Below are positions 33,726-44,032 of a stretch of DNA of 64,000 nucleotides, one piece after another; within the stretch, counting starts at the first letter, position 1, and every line of letters starts with the position of its first letter. The position numbers and the translations under genes were made by a program. A model generated the notes under the pieces. It made no database searches and was not told where the DNA came from. It worked only from the letters and a program-made list of their open reading frames with translations. The stretch comes from an uncultured bacterium (GTDB taxonomy: Bacteria > Bacillota_I > Bacilli_A > RFN20 > CAG-826): contig CASGAD010000031.1 of assembly GCA_949299335.1 (NCBI GenBank), positions 1,075-65,074 on the forward strand. Direction: 5' to 3'.

Positions 33726-35004
33726 TTTGAGGTTTGATTATGTTAAGAAAGACAAATTATTTGATCCTGAAAGTTATCGAGAACTAGTCAAAAAATACGA
33801 CAAAATGTTAATCGATGGCACAGGACCAGGTCATGAATTTCTTGGTTGGATGCATTATGCTTCTGAAATAACAGATGATTTTATCGATGCAATCAACGCA
33901 AAAGCCCAATATTTTCGTGAAAATTACGACACATTTGTTGTTTGTGGAATTGGCGGAAGCTATTTAGGATCAAGAGCTGTTATTGAAGCTATTAATGGTA
34001 TTTATAGCAATGATAAAATGAAGATTCTTTATTTAGGTCACACACTTGATAGCAACTACACTGCACAAGTTATTGATTATCTTAAAGATAAGAATTTCTG
34101 CGTTTGTGTCATTTCTAAGTCCGGAACAACAACTGAAACAAGTATCGCTTTTAGAATTTTAAAGGAGATGCTTGAGAAAAAACTAGGCAAAGAAAAAACT
34201 AGAGATGCAATAGTTGCTGTTACTGACAAAGAAAAAGGTGCTTTAAGAACTCTTGCTAACCAAGAAGGTTACACCACATTCGAATTACCTGGAAATATCG
34301 GTGGAAGATATTCAGTAATTTCCGCTGTTGGCTTATTCCCAATCGCAGTTGCAGGAATTAATATTAGAGAATTTATAAAAGGTTTCATTGAAGGTGAAAA
34401 AATGTTTGGTAGTGATAATCTTGATGAAAACCCTGCTTATCAATATGCTTGTCAAAAAAATACACTATACAAGATGGGCTATAAAGTCGAATTTGCTGTA
34501 ACTTATGAACCACGCTTAGCTATGTTAAACGAATGGGCTAAACAGTTATTTGATGAATCTAACGGTAAAGAAGATAAAGGATTGTTAATTATGAGTTCTG
34601 TCTTCACTACTGATCTTCATTCTATTGGTCAATTTATACAAGAAGGAAGCAAGATTTTATTTGAAACAGTCCTTACATTTAAAAATCCTAACGAAGACAT
34701 TGTCATACCTTATGATGAAGAAAATTTAGATGGTTTAAATTATATAGCCGGTAAGAAACTTTCTTATGTATGTGAGAAAGCTCATGAAGGAACTACTATT
34801 GCACATGCTTTCAATGGTAATGTACCAAACATTTCCCTTCAAATTGATAAATTAACACCTGAATCTTTAGGCGCATATATGTACTTCTCAATGAAAGCTT
34901 GCGCTATGGGTGGATATTTATTAGGAATAAATCCATTTAACCAACCAGGCGTTGAAGTATATAAACGCAATATGTTCCACCTTTTAGGTAAAAAAGGTTA
35001 TTAA
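33715..35004 (+). CDS. pgi: Glucose-6-phosphate isomerase
   Basis: GIGGSYLG, SKSGTTTE, GGRYSV, DLHSIGQ, FNQPGVEVYK; ATG 33715 after GGGAG. Confidence 0.97.
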   Translation: MKFDLRFDYVKKDKLFDPESYRELVKKYDKMLIDGTGPGHEFLGWMHYASEITDDFIDAINAKAQYFRENYDTFVVCGIGGSYLGSRAVIEAINGIYSNDKMKILYLGHTLDSNYTAQVIDYLKDKNFCVCVISKSGTTTETSIAFRILKEMLEKKLGKEKTRDAIVAVTDKEKGALRTLANQEGYTTFELPGNIGGRYSVISAVGLFPIAVAGINIREFIKGFIEGEKMFGSDNLDENPAYQYACQKNTLYKMGYKVEFAVTYEPRLAMLNEWAKQLFDESNGKEDKGLLIMSSVFTTDLHSIGQFIQEGSKILFETVLTFKNPNEDIVIPYDEENLDGLNYIAGKKLSYVCEKAHEGTTIAHAFNGNVPNISLQIDKLTPESLGAYMYFSMKACAMGGYLLGINPFNQPGVEVYKRNMFHLLGKKGY

Positions 35005-35056
35005 AATTATCTGCTAATTTTTGGAAAATCCTCTACACGAAATTGTTAAAAAAATA

Positions 35057-35086
35057 TTGACAATGTTCGCCCTACTTTGATATATT
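35057..35086 (+). promoter_or_regulatory. Promoter of the tRNA operon
   Basis: TTGACA at 35057, extended -10 TGnTATATT ending at 35086, A-rich UP-like element upstream. Confidence 0.75.
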
Positions 35087-35118
35087 ATTAAAGCACGCGT
35101 AGGTCGTGTAGATAGGAT

Positions 35119-35194
35119 GGATGTTTAGCTCAGTTGGGAGAGCATCGCCTTTACACGGCGGAGGTCAGAGGTTCGAGCCCTCTAACATCCACCA
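35119..35194 (+). tRNA. tRNA-Val(TAC)
   Basis: GGATGTT/AACATCC acceptor stem, anticodon loop TTTACAC, GTTCGAG T-loop, encoded CCA. Confidence 0.97.
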
Positions 35195-35207
35195 GTGTGT
35201 TAGCCTT

Positions 35208-35291
35208 GGGAGGGTAGCGAAGTGGCTAAACGCGGTTGACTGTAAATCAATTCCTTCGGGTTCGGCAGTTCGAATCTGCCCCCTCCCACCA
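35208..35291 (+). tRNA. tRNA-Tyr(GTA)
   Basis: GGGAGGG/CCCTCCC stem, CTGTAAA loop, long variable arm, CCA. Confidence 0.97.
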
Positions 35292-35299
35292 CAAAAGCT

Positions 35300-35375
35300 T
35301 GGGGTGTAGCCAAGAGGTAAGGCAACAGACTTTGACTCTGTCATTTCGCTGGTTCGAGTCCAGCCACCCCAGCCA
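35300..35375 (+). tRNA. tRNA-Gln(TTG)
   Basis: TGGGGTG/CACCCCA stem (U1-A72), CTTTGAC loop, G73, CCA. Confidence 0.96.
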
Positions 35376-35381
35376 ATACTT

Positions 35382-35457
35382 GACTCATTAGCTCAGTCGG
35401 TAGAGCACTTGACTTTTAATCAAGGGGTCTGGAGTTCGAATCTCCAATGAGTCACCA
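35382..35457 (+). tRNA. tRNA-Lys(TTT)
   Basis: GACTCAT/ATGAGTC stem, CTTTTAA loop, CCA. Confidence 0.97.
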
Positions 35458-35468
35458 ACCAAAATGAT

Positions 35469-35555
35469 GCCCAGGTGGCGGAATAGGTAGACGCGCAGGA
35501 CTTAAAATCCTGTGGTAGCAATACCGTACCGGTTCGATTCCGGTCCCGGGCACCA
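35469..35555 (+). tRNA. tRNA-Leu(TAA)
   Basis: CTTAAAA loop, long variable arm, A73, CCA; one A-C mismatch in the acceptor stem. Confidence 0.95.
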
Positions 35556-35567
35556 TCTCAAAAAATA

Positions 35568-35596
35568 TGAGGTCTCTTAAAAGGGTCTTTTTTTTA
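35568..35596 (+). terminator. Probable terminator of the tRNA operon
   Basis: Weak G-U-rich hairpin followed by a T-run. Confidence 0.45.
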
Positions 35597-35641
35597 CCAT
35601 AAAAGTTGAAATTACTATAGGAATGCATTTAAACTAATACC

Positions 35642-35917
35642 ATGGAAAACGAAGAAACGATTAAATTAATTATTAAAACATTAGATAAAATAAGACCATT
35701 TTTGCAAAGAGATGGCGGAGACGTCACTTTTGATAGTTATGAAGATGGTATCGTTTATGTTAATGTTTCTGGAGCCTGTGAAGGTTGTGCATTAATTAAT
35801 GAAGATATTGAAAGTGGTGTTGAAGTTATATTAATGGAAGAGGTGCCTGGAGTAATTGCTGTAAGATTAGCAAGCGAAAAAGAACTCGTTAAAGAGGCAT
35901 TAAAAAAAGCAAATTAA
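35642..35917 (+). CDS. NifU C-terminal/Nfu-type Fe-S cluster carrier (YutI-like)
   Basis: IRPFLQRDGGDV, GACEGC motif. Confidence 0.92.
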   Translation: MENEETIKLIIKTLDKIRPFLQRDGGDVTFDSYEDGIVYVNVSGACEGCALINEDIESGVEVILMEEVPGVIAVRLASEKELVKEALKKAN

Positions 35918-35947
35918 AAAGATTGGATGCAAATTCCAATCTTTTTT
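35916..35947. terminator. Bidirectional terminator between nfu and cysQ-like gene
   Basis: AAAAAGATTGGA-tgcaaat-TCCAATCTTTTT. Confidence 0.82.
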
Positions 35948-36726
35948 TATAATAAAATATTTTCTTTATTATTTATAACTATATATCCACCTCTATTATA
36001 TACATCTTCTCGATTATATCTTATTGGTGTACCATCAAGTTTTAAAACATAACCACCCGCTTCTTCTACTATAATTTGGAAAGCACAAGTATCCCATTCC
36101 TTTGTTCCGTCAGATAATCTATATGTTAGTTCAGCAGTTCCTTCGGCAATATCACAAGCTTTAATACTTGAGCCTCTTTTTGAAACATGTGTTATCTTAT
36201 CTTTGTGTTTTTCAATCAAATCAATTTCAACTTGTGAAAGGTGAAATACACTTGTCAAACAAGTCAAATCGCTTGTTTTGTTTGAAACATGAATTCTAGT
36301 AATGTTTCCATTTTTATCGATTTTATAAGCACCATTTCCTTTTACTGCATAATAAATTTCATTTTTTGCTGGTATTCCAACAACGCCCATTACAGCTTCA
36401 TGCTTATAGCTTAATCCAACATTACAAGTAAATTCATCATCTTTATGAACAAAGTCTTTTGTGCCATCGAGCGGATCAACTATAAAGACATAATCATTAT
36501 CTAATCTTGATTTATCATCTTCGCTCTCTTCTGTTAAAAAAGCATATTTAGGAAATAATTTTGACAAATATTCTCTTATCATTTTATCAGTGGTTTTATC
36601 TGCTTCTGTAACAGGGCTATTATCAGACTTAATTTCAGTGTGGAAGCCATGGGTATAATAATTCATTATATTCTTCATCGCTTCTTTGACAATACATAAA
36701 GTTGCTTCCAATTCTCTTTCAAACAT
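35947..36726 (-). CDS. cysQ: 3'(2'),5'-bisphosphate nucleotidase CysQ / inositol monophosphatase family
   Basis: SPVTEAD, TEES, DPLDGTKDF, WDTCA; start MFEREL at 36726 after AAGGA. Confidence 0.85.
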   Translation of the reverse strand: MFERELEATLCIVKEAMKNIMNYYTHGFHTEIKSDNSPVTEADKTTDKMIREYLSKLFPKYAFLTEESEDDKSRLDNDYVFIVDPLDGTKDFVHKDDEFTCNVGLSYKHEAVMGVVGIPAKNEIYYAVKGNGAYKIDKNGNITRIHVSNKTSDLTCLTSVFHLSQVEIDLIEKHKDKITHVSKRGSSIKACDIAEGTAELTYRLSDGTKEWDTCAFQIIVEEAGGYVLKLDGTPIRYNREDVYNRGGYIVINNKENILL

Positions 36727-36742
36727 AAAAGAATTCCTTTCT

Positions 36743-36774
36743 AAAAAATAAGTCGCCTTTATGAGGCGACTTAT
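36743..36774 (-). terminator. Terminator after fba
   Basis: ATAAGTCGCCT-ttatg-AGGCGACTTAT perfect 11-bp stem with T-run on minus strand. Confidence 0.82.
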
Positions 36775-36785
36775 CACTTATTTAA

Positions 36786-37661
36786 TTATTCAGCTTTTCC
36801 GTAACTACCGAATTCTTTAAGTAATTCAGTAACTTTAGCTTCGATTGCATCGCATCCTGGTTTTAATACTTTACGAGGATCAAATCCTTTATTCTTTTTA
36901 TCAAGATCTTTTCCTGCTTCGAAATAAGCTCTCTCACCTTCTGCAAATACAAGTTGTAATTCTGTATTAATATTGACTTTAGATACACCAAGTTTAATTG
37001 CTTGTCTTACCATATCATATGGAATTCCTGTACCACCATGTAAGACTAATGGTTTACCATTTGTAGCTTCTTGAATTTTCTTTAAGACTTCAAAATCAAG
37101 ACCCTTCCAATCAGCTGGATAAATTCCGTGAATATTGCCAATACCTGCAGCTAAAAAATCAACACCTAAGTTAGCAATGATTCTACATTCTTCTGGATCT
37201 GCCTTTTCACCAGCACTTGTAACACCATCTTCACTTCCGCCAATTCCACCGACTTCACATTCAACTGAAACACCTTTTGCATGAGCTAAATCAATAATTT
37301 CTTTTGATTTTGCGAGGTTTTCTTCGAAATCATAGTGTGAGCCATCAAACATAACTGATGTATATCCGGCTTCAATACAAGCCTTTGCTCCATCATATGT
37401 GCCATGGTCTAAATGTAATGCTACTGGGACAGTAATTTTTAAATAGTCATGAATATTTTTGACCATATTAGCAACTGTCTTATATCCACACATATATTTA
37501 TTAGCGCCTTCGCTAACTTCTAAAATAACAGGTGCTTTTGCTTTTTCACAAGCGATTAAAATTGATTTTGTCCATTCTAAATTATTGATATTGAATGCAC
37601 AAATTGCGTAATGACCTTCATGAGCTTTTTTGATCATTTCTGTTGCACTAACTAATGCCAT
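36786..37661 (-). CDS. fba: Fructose-1,6-bisphosphate aldolase class II
   Basis: FNINNLEW, LHLDHG, SVMFDGSH, GNIHG, LVLHGGTG, KVNINTE. Confidence 0.97.
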   Translation of the reverse strand: MALVSATEMIKKAHEGHYAICAFNINNLEWTKSILIACEKAKAPVILEVSEGANKYMCGYKTVANMVKNIHDYLKITVPVALHLDHGTYDGAKACIEAGYTSVMFDGSHYDFEENLAKSKEIIDLAHAKGVSVECEVGGIGGSEDGVTSAGEKADPEECRIIANLGVDFLAAGIGNIHGIYPADWKGLDFEVLKKIQEATNGKPLVLHGGTGIPYDMVRQAIKLGVSKVNINTELQLVFAEGERAYFEAGKDLDKKNKGFDPRKVLKPGCDAIEAKVTELLKEFGSYGKAE

Positions 37662-37688
37662 ATTTGTTACTCCTTTTAAATTATATTA

Positions 37689-38102
37689 TTACAAATCTTC
37701 TTTTGAAGATCTGTCATAATCTTCTTCATCTTCAGAATCTTCATCTAACTCGTCGCTTAATCCTTCAGCTTCGATTTCTTCGTTATCAAATTCTTCAAGA
37801 TCTCTATTGCCTTTAGTTTCTTCTTCAATATCGCTATAAACATCGTTCATATCAATATGTACTTTATCGTATGTTTGATTTACTCTTAAATCCCATTCAT
37901 TATCGCCTAAATTGACAAAACGACCATCAAGGGATAAGCATGTATAAAAATTAGAAATATAATCTGATTTTTGTTCCTCAGTTAATTCTAATCTTAAAGC
38001 AACTTCGTTAAATAAATCAGAAAATTTAATAATTTCACCTTTTTCTTTTAATACACTATAAGCAATGTCAACCATTGATTCATTTCTATAATTTTCTGCC
38101 AT
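37689..38102 (-). CDS. rpoE: RNA polymerase delta subunit
   Basis: SMVDIAY, FYTCLSLDGRF, WDLR and acidic C-terminal tail. Confidence 0.93.
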   Translation of the reverse strand: MAENYRNESMVDIAYSVLKEKGEIIKFSDLFNEVALRLELTEEQKSDYISNFYTCLSLDGRFVNLGDNEWDLRVNQTYDKVHIDMNDVYSDIEEETKGNRDLEEFDNEEIEAEGLSDELDEDSEDEEDYDRSSKEDL

Positions 38103-38155
38103 CTTATTTTCCTCTTTCTCTCAATAATTATAATTAATCACATTTAAAATTACTA

Positions 38156-39598
38156 CTAGATTAAACGTGAAAGGGTTTCCTCTTTTCCCAAAATATCAAT
38201 AATATTAAACATTTCTATTCCATGCATAGAACCAGTAAGTTTAATTCTTATTGGCATATACAAATCTTTGCCTTTAAATCCAGTTTCTTTTTGTACTTCT
38301 TTAAAAATTGATTTAACTGTATCTTGATTGATTAAAGTAAGTTCCTCAAGTTTCTTTTTAAAAGCAGGGATAACAATCTTTGCACTATTTGAATTAACTA
38401 TCATAGCTTCTTCTTCGCCTAATTCAGTTTTTCTAACAAAGATGTCATTTAACATATCAGTAATATTTTGACCAATTTCGATTTCATTTTTGAAAATTAA
38501 ACTAATATTTTTTAATTCATCATCACTTAATGTTTCAGGAATGTTAGCTTTTTTTACAAAAGGCATTATGAATTCAAAATATTTTTCATTATCCATATGC
38601 TTGATGTAATATTGGTTGGTCCATAGCAAACGTTTATTATCAAACATAGATGGTGAAGATGATAATCTTGAAGGATCAAAAGCCTTTATAGCTTCTTCCT
38701 TTGTAAAAATTTCTTTATTATCATCACTAGTCCAGCCAAGTAAGAACAAGAAGTTGAAAATTGCTTCTGGAACATAACCTAAGTTTTTATATTGCGACAT
38801 AAATTGAAGAATATCATGATCACGTTTTGATAACTTCTTACCGTTTGAATTAACAATAATTGTCATATGTCCAAATTGAGGTGGTTCCCATCCAAAGTAT
38901 TCATAGATTTGTAATTGTTTTGGGGTGTTAGACAAATGTTCTTCGCCTCTTAATACATGTGTAATTTCCATTAAATGGTCATCAATTACAACAGCAAAGT
39001 TATAAGTTGGGATGCCATTGGATTTCATAATGACAAAGTCACCAATATCATTACTATTAAATTTAACATCGCCTCTTACTAAGTCATGGAATTTAAATTC
39101 ATGATTTTCCATCATCTTAATACGAATAGTTGGTTTTCTTCCTTCTTTTCTGTATTTTTCTTTTTCCTCTTCGGTTAAATTTAAACAATGTCTATTGTAC
39201 TTGAATGATTTTACACCATTAGCAAGTTGATCTTCCTTCATTTCAGCGAGTTCTTCTTCTGTACAATAACATTCATATGCAACACCCATATCAACTAATT
39301 TTTGTGCATATTTTTTATAAATATCGAGTTTCTCGGTTTGACGATATGGACCATATTTAGGATTAGGATTTTCTGTAGATTCATCAGGAATAATTCCAAG
39401 CCAAATTAAATCGTGTAATTGACTTTCTTCAGCACCAGGAATATTTCTTTCGATATCAGTATCCTCGATACGAAATACAAAATCCCCATTATATTTCTTA
39501 GCATAAAGAAAATTAAACAAAGCGCTTCTTGCTCCTCCAATATGCAAATATCCAGTTGGGGAAGGAGCATATCTTACTCTTACTTTTTTATCTCCCAT
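38156..39598 (-). CDS. gltX: Glutamate--tRNA ligase
   Basis: RYAPSPTGYLHIGG, RIEDTD, RGEEH, KLSKR. Confidence 0.98.
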   Translation of the reverse strand: MGDKKVRVRYAPSPTGYLHIGGARSALFNFLYAKKYNGDFVFRIEDTDIERNIPGAEESQLHDLIWLGIIPDESTENPNPKYGPYRQTEKLDIYKKYAQKLVDMGVAYECYCTEEELAEMKEDQLANGVKSFKYNRHCLNLTEEEKEKYRKEGRKPTIRIKMMENHEFKFHDLVRGDVKFNSNDIGDFVIMKSNGIPTYNFAVVIDDHLMEITHVLRGEEHLSNTPKQLQIYEYFGWEPPQFGHMTIIVNSNGKKLSKRDHDILQFMSQYKNLGYVPEAIFNFLFLLGWTSDDNKEIFTKEEAIKAFDPSRLSSSPSMFDNKRLLWTNQYYIKHMDNEKYFEFIMPFVKKANIPETLSDDELKNISLIFKNEIEIGQNITDMLNDIFVRKTELGEEEAMIVNSNSAKIVIPAFKKKLEELTLINQDTVKSIFKEVQKETGFKGKDLYMPIRIKLTGSMHGIEMFNIIDILGKEETLSRLI

Positions 39599-40073
39599 CG
39601 TTTTTCTCCTTTAATAAACATACGCAATAAGCTTCAATAGCTTCACCTTTTCCTACGGCATCCATTTTTTCATTAGTACCTGCTTTTATTGAGACATTCT
39701 TTATGTCGGTGCCTAATAATTCACTAACTTTTTGACGCATTGGATAAATATAATCTTTAAGTTTAGGCTTTTCACACGAAATAAATAAATCTATATTTCC
39801 AATTGTATAACCTTCTTCATCCATAATTTTTTTAGCATCTTCTAAAAAATATGTAGATGAAATATTTTTATATTTATCATCATTTGGTGGATAATGTGCA
39901 CCTAGGTCACCAACATTCATTGCGCCAAATATTGCTTCTACAATCGCATGTATTGCACAATCACCATCACTATGTGATTCTAAGCCAAACGAAGAAGGGA
40001 TATTAACTCCGCATAGAATTAAAGGTTTACCTTCAGTGATTTTATGAATATCTTTACTAAATCCGACTCTCAT
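39588..40073 (-). CDS. ispF: 2-C-methyl-D-erythritol 2,4-cyclodiphosphate synthase
   Basis: DIH, HSDGD, GDLGAHYP, VSIKA; start MRVG at 40073 just after the ychF stop. Confidence 0.93.
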   Translation of the reverse strand: MRVGFSKDIHKITEGKPLILCGVNIPSSFGLESHSDGDCAIHAIVEAIFGAMNVGDLGAHYPPNDDKYKNISSTYFLEDAKKIMDEEGYTIGNIDLFISCEKPKLKDYIYPMRQKVSELLGTDIKNVSIKAGTNEKMDAVGKGEAIEAYCVCLLKEKNDGR

Positions 40074-40074
40074 A

Positions 40075-41178
40075 CTAAACATTAAATCTAAAAAAGAAGA
40101 TGTCTCCATCTTTAGCTACATAATCTTTTCCTTCAATTCTAATTTTACCTGCTTCTTTTAATGCGGTCTCGTTTTTATACTTCATAATATCTTCATAAGT
40201 ATAAACTTCAGCTTTAATAAATCCTTTTTTAAAATCTGTATGAATGATACCTGCACAATCAGGTGCTAACATACCATTTTTAAAAGTCCAAGCCCTAACT
40301 TCATCAGCCCCAACAGTAAAAAACGTAGATAAATTTAATAATTTATATGCGCTCTTAACAAGTTTATCAAGTCCACTACTTGTAGCTCCTAAACTTCTTA
40401 AAAATTCTTCTTTTTCTTCTTTTGAATACTTAGAAAGTTCTGATTCAATTTCACATGAAACTGGTATGCATTCAGCGTTTTCATTTTTTGCGTATTCTTT
40501 TACTAGCTTATATAATTTGCAATTCTCTATGTCTATTAAATCACTATCACTAACATTAGCGACGTAAATAATAGGTTTAGCAGTCAAAAAATTGAAATTT
40601 TTAAGTATTTTTGTTTCTTCTTCGTTAAAAGAAAGCCCTCTAATAGACTTGCCCTCTTGTAATCTTTCTTTTAGCTTTGTTAATAAGTTGACTTCTATTA
40701 AACTTTCTTTATCTTTAGATATTCGTGCTTTGTTTTCAATCTTACCAAGTCTATTAGAACATGTATCTAAATCAGCCATGACGAGTTCTAAATTAATAAT
40801 TTCTATGTCTCTAATTGGATCAATTGTATTTTCAACATGAATTATTTCGCTATCTTCAAAGCATCTAACAACCTCAATAATTGCATCTGTTTCTCTAATA
40901 TGAGAAAGGAATTGGTTACCTAAGCCTTCGCCTTTGCTAGCACCTTTAACAAGCCCAGCAATATCATAGAATTCGAATGTTGTATATATAGTCTTCTTTG
41001 GGTTAAATAACTTTGATAAGTTATCCACTCTTTCATCAGGAACAATAACTGTGCCAACATTAGGATTGATTGTAGCAAAAGGATAGTTTGCTGATTCAAC
41101 ATTGCTATTTGTAATTGCATTAAACAAAGTTGACTTCCCAACATTTGGTAATCCAACTATACCAGCCTTTAATCCCAT
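40075..41178 (-). CDS. ychF: Ribosome-binding ATPase YchF
   Basis: GLPNVGKST, NYPFATI, DIAGLVKGAS, IHTDF, FRFNV. Confidence 0.98.
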   Translation of the reverse strand: MGLKAGIVGLPNVGKSTLFNAITNSNVESANYPFATINPNVGTVIVPDERVDNLSKLFNPKKTIYTTFEFYDIAGLVKGASKGEGLGNQFLSHIRETDAIIEVVRCFEDSEIIHVENTIDPIRDIEIINLELVMADLDTCSNRLGKIENKARISKDKESLIEVNLLTKLKERLQEGKSIRGLSFNEEETKILKNFNFLTAKPIIYVANVSDSDLIDIENCKLYKLVKEYAKNENAECIPVSCEIESELSKYSKEEKEEFLRSLGATSSGLDKLVKSAYKLLNLSTFFTVGADEVRAWTFKNGMLAPDCAGIIHTDFKKGFIKAEVYTYEDIMKYKNETALKEAGKIRIEGKDYVAKDGDIFFFRFNV

Positions 41179-41254
41179 AAATCATCCTCCTAAAAGCGCA
41201 TTTAATTATTACATAATTAAATACAAAAATCATTAAAAAAACAATTTTTAGGAA

Positions 41255-44032
41255 TTAATGTAAGTTTTTTTCTAATTCAATATGTGAAATTGTCCCTAAT
41301 GTTGCAATTGAAGATGCAATACTTAAAAATAAAATTATTAAGAAATTTACTAATAAATACATAGGATTTGCGAGGTTTATTGTAGATAATCCATAGCTTG
41401 ATGACAACAAATTACCGACAATTGAAATAATAAATAATAGAGAAATAGAACTTAAAATATAAGATGCGAAACATTGAACCATGTTATCAATTACAAATAT
41501 CTTTAATATTTGATATCGGTCAAAACCAAGGATTGTAAAAATAGCAATTTCTTTTTTCGATTCTAAAGCATTTACTAAGCTAATAATAACAAGAAGAATT
41601 AAAGAAGAAATTATTGAAACAATAGTAAATGCGTATAATAGATAATTTAAAAATTTCATTGACTCGTTGACGCTTTCTTCTATAGCTAAAATCGGATTTC
41701 TAATTTCATACTCAGCAAAGTATCCGTTTAATTTCTCAATGTCCTTTTTTGACATGCTTCCATTAGTTTCAAATATGATTGAGGTAGGTATTAACGAAAA
41801 GGCAGAAATTTTAAAAAGATCTCTAAACAAAGATAATGAAAATTCCTTATTTTGGTAAATAGAAACACTATTGTCTTCTTTCACAACATCTTTAATTGTT
41901 AATGTGATAGTTTCAAAACTATTTCTTATTTCGCCGTTATATTCTTCACTTCCAACAAGCATTGATATATAAATTTCTTGATTGACAACTTCTTCACCGA
42001 TAATATTTTTGAATCCATTACTAACAATTATTTCATTAGGCAAAAGTTCAACTTCAGATGACTTTAGCTTAAGATTACTTGTAGATGGTTTGAATGCATA
42101 ACCATCCACAACATTATCTGGAACTTTAATGTTTAAATAATCTTCCTCACTAACCTTAGAATGAGCATCTATAACACTTTCAATTTTTGAAATGTCTTTG
42201 CTTAAAAATACAGGCCTAGAAAATCCAGTAAATAACGATGTACCGTTATTAAAATATCCTTGGCTTGTAGAAAAATAATAGCTTTTGTACTTAAAACCAA
42301 TGTCATTTAAATGATTAATTATTCCAATATCTAAACTATCTTTAAAAATATTATAAACATAAAGTTTATTAGTCGATTGGGTATTATACGCACATGTTAA
42401 TGGCGAATAATAGTTATTATCGCTATCAAATAAATAATCTTTATAATCTTGATCATAAAGAATTTCATTTAAAAAATATGTTTGAAATTTTTTGGTATGA
42501 ACATAAAACACTTTCTTGAATATCCAAGGATACTCTTCTATTTTATTTAAACGATTTGAAACCGGGAATTTCATATTCTCTTCAAAAAGGACTGTATTAA
42601 ATAAGGGATTTGTATGATATATCCTATTTTTTGTATCAAGGATAAATGCTTTGATTTTAAATATTTGTTCATCACTATATTGCCGTGAGTCATTTTTAAC
42701 TCTTAGATTCACATACAAATTATGAGTTTTAAGATAATTAGATAATGAAGAAATCGTTCTTTCGATCTTTAAATCAAAACAAATTGATTTTAATGTATCA
42801 AAATTAAAAGAGATTATAATTTCATCATCGTTTAAATCATCAACTATTAAAGGATATGTTTCTAAATTATTGTAATCAGTAATGTATACAAATTCATTGA
42901 ACATTCTAATATTAAACCCACTAATTTCACTTGTTTTTCCTGAATTTAATAAAAATAAATTATTTACATCAGGAAAAAAGTTTTCAAAATCAACAATATA
43001 ATTGCATCCAAAATAATCTAAATATTCCTTGTATTTATTCATTAAAGAAGCAACATCGTTAATCCCACTCGAATAAAAATCAAAAATTTCATTCTTAGAG
43101 TTTTTCTTATTTAACACTACTACATTTTGGTCAATGATATTTTTAAACGACTCGACTAAAGAATTATTAATACCACTTGATAAACAAATTGATAAACCAC
43201 TTGAAATTAAAGAAATTGATAGAAATATGCTTTTTATAATATTCCTAAACTTTCTTACTTTAAATCTTGATTGAAGATATCTAAAAATGTATTTAAATCT
43301 TAATTTTGAAGAATTGTTTTTATTCAATAATTTCATTATTTTTAAAGGTGGATTCTTTTTGCTTCTTTTAATTTTGATAATTTTAATTCTTCTATGTTTT
43401 AATTCAAGGATGTAATCAGCATATTTATATGCACTTTCCCTATCATGAGTAACACAAATCACAGCTGCATTAATTGAAAGATTTCTAAGAATTTCAAATA
43501 TGTTCTCTGTATTATTTGTATCTAAAGCACCTGTAGGTTCATCACAAAAAATAACTTCTGGATCAATTACTATTGATCTAGCTATTGCAACTCTTTGCTT
43601 TTCGCCTCCGCTTAAATTTCTAACATATTCATTTTTTAAATTATCTATTTTTAATAATTTTAAAATTTCATTAACTTTATTCAATCTGAATTCTTTATTG
43701 AGATTTGAAATCGCATCAAGCATTAACAAGACATTATTTTCCACTGTATCATCTTCAAGCAAATTATAATTTTGAAAAATGTAACTAAATTTTGTCGACC
43801 TAATCGTACATTTTTCTTTATATTGAAAATTTGATGTATTTTTATTATCGATAAGTAATTTCCCTCTATAATCATTATCAATTAAAGATAATATGTTTAA
43901 TAGAGTTGTTTTCCCACTTCCAGAATCGCCTAATATGACATAAAATCCGCTATCTTTAAATTCAAAAGAAAAATCTTTAAATAAAGGTTCATCTTCATAT
44001 TGCTTTGTTAATTTGTCTATTTTAATAATCAT
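41255..44032 (-). CDS. Fused ABC ATPase + FtsX-type permease (MacB-like)
   Basis: GDSGSGKT, LSGGEKQR, DEPTGALD, TH; large extracytoplasmic domain; C-terminal FtsX-like TMs. Confidence 0.88.
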   Translation of the reverse strand: MIIKIDKLTKQYEDEPLFKDFSFEFKDSGFYVILGDSGSGKTTLLNILSLIDNDYRGKLLIDNKNTSNFQYKEKCTIRSTKFSYIFQNYNLLEDDTVENNVLLMLDAISNLNKEFRLNKVNEILKLLKIDNLKNEYVRNLSGGEKQRVAIARSIVIDPEVIFCDEPTGALDTNNTENIFEILRNLSINAAVICVTHDRESAYKYADYILELKHRRIKIIKIKRSKKNPPLKIMKLLNKNNSSKLRFKYIFRYLQSRFKVRKFRNIIKSIFLSISLISSGLSICLSSGINNSLVESFKNIIDQNVVVLNKKNSKNEIFDFYSSGINDVASLMNKYKEYLDYFGCNYIVDFENFFPDVNNLFLLNSGKTSEISGFNIRMFNEFVYITDYNNLETYPLIVDDLNDDEIIISFNFDTLKSICFDLKIERTISSLSNYLKTHNLYVNLRVKNDSRQYSDEQIFKIKAFILDTKNRIYHTNPLFNTVLFEENMKFPVSNRLNKIEEYPWIFKKVFYVHTKKFQTYFLNEILYDQDYKDYLFDSDNNYYSPLTCAYNTQSTNKLYVYNIFKDSLDIGIINHLNDIGFKYKSYYFSTSQGYFNNGTSLFTGFSRPVFLSKDISKIESVIDAHSKVSEEDYLNIKVPDNVVDGYAFKPSTSNLKLKSSEVELLPNEIIVSNGFKNIIGEEVVNQEIYISMLVGSEEYNGEIRNSFETITLTIKDVVKEDNSVSIYQNKEFSLSLFRDLFKISAFSLIPTSIIFETNGSMSKKDIEKLNGYFAEYEIRNPILAIEESVNESMKFLNYLLYAFTIVSIISSLILLVIISLVNALESKKEIAIFTILGFDRYQILKIFVIDNMVQCFASYILSSISLLFIISIVGNLLSSSYGLSTINLANPMYLLVNFLIILFLSIASSIATLGTISHIELEKNLH

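Noticed and set aside
35121-35309. 62-aa ORF
   Set aside because: It overlaps tRNA-Val, tRNA-Tyr and the start of tRNA-Gln, so it is spurious.
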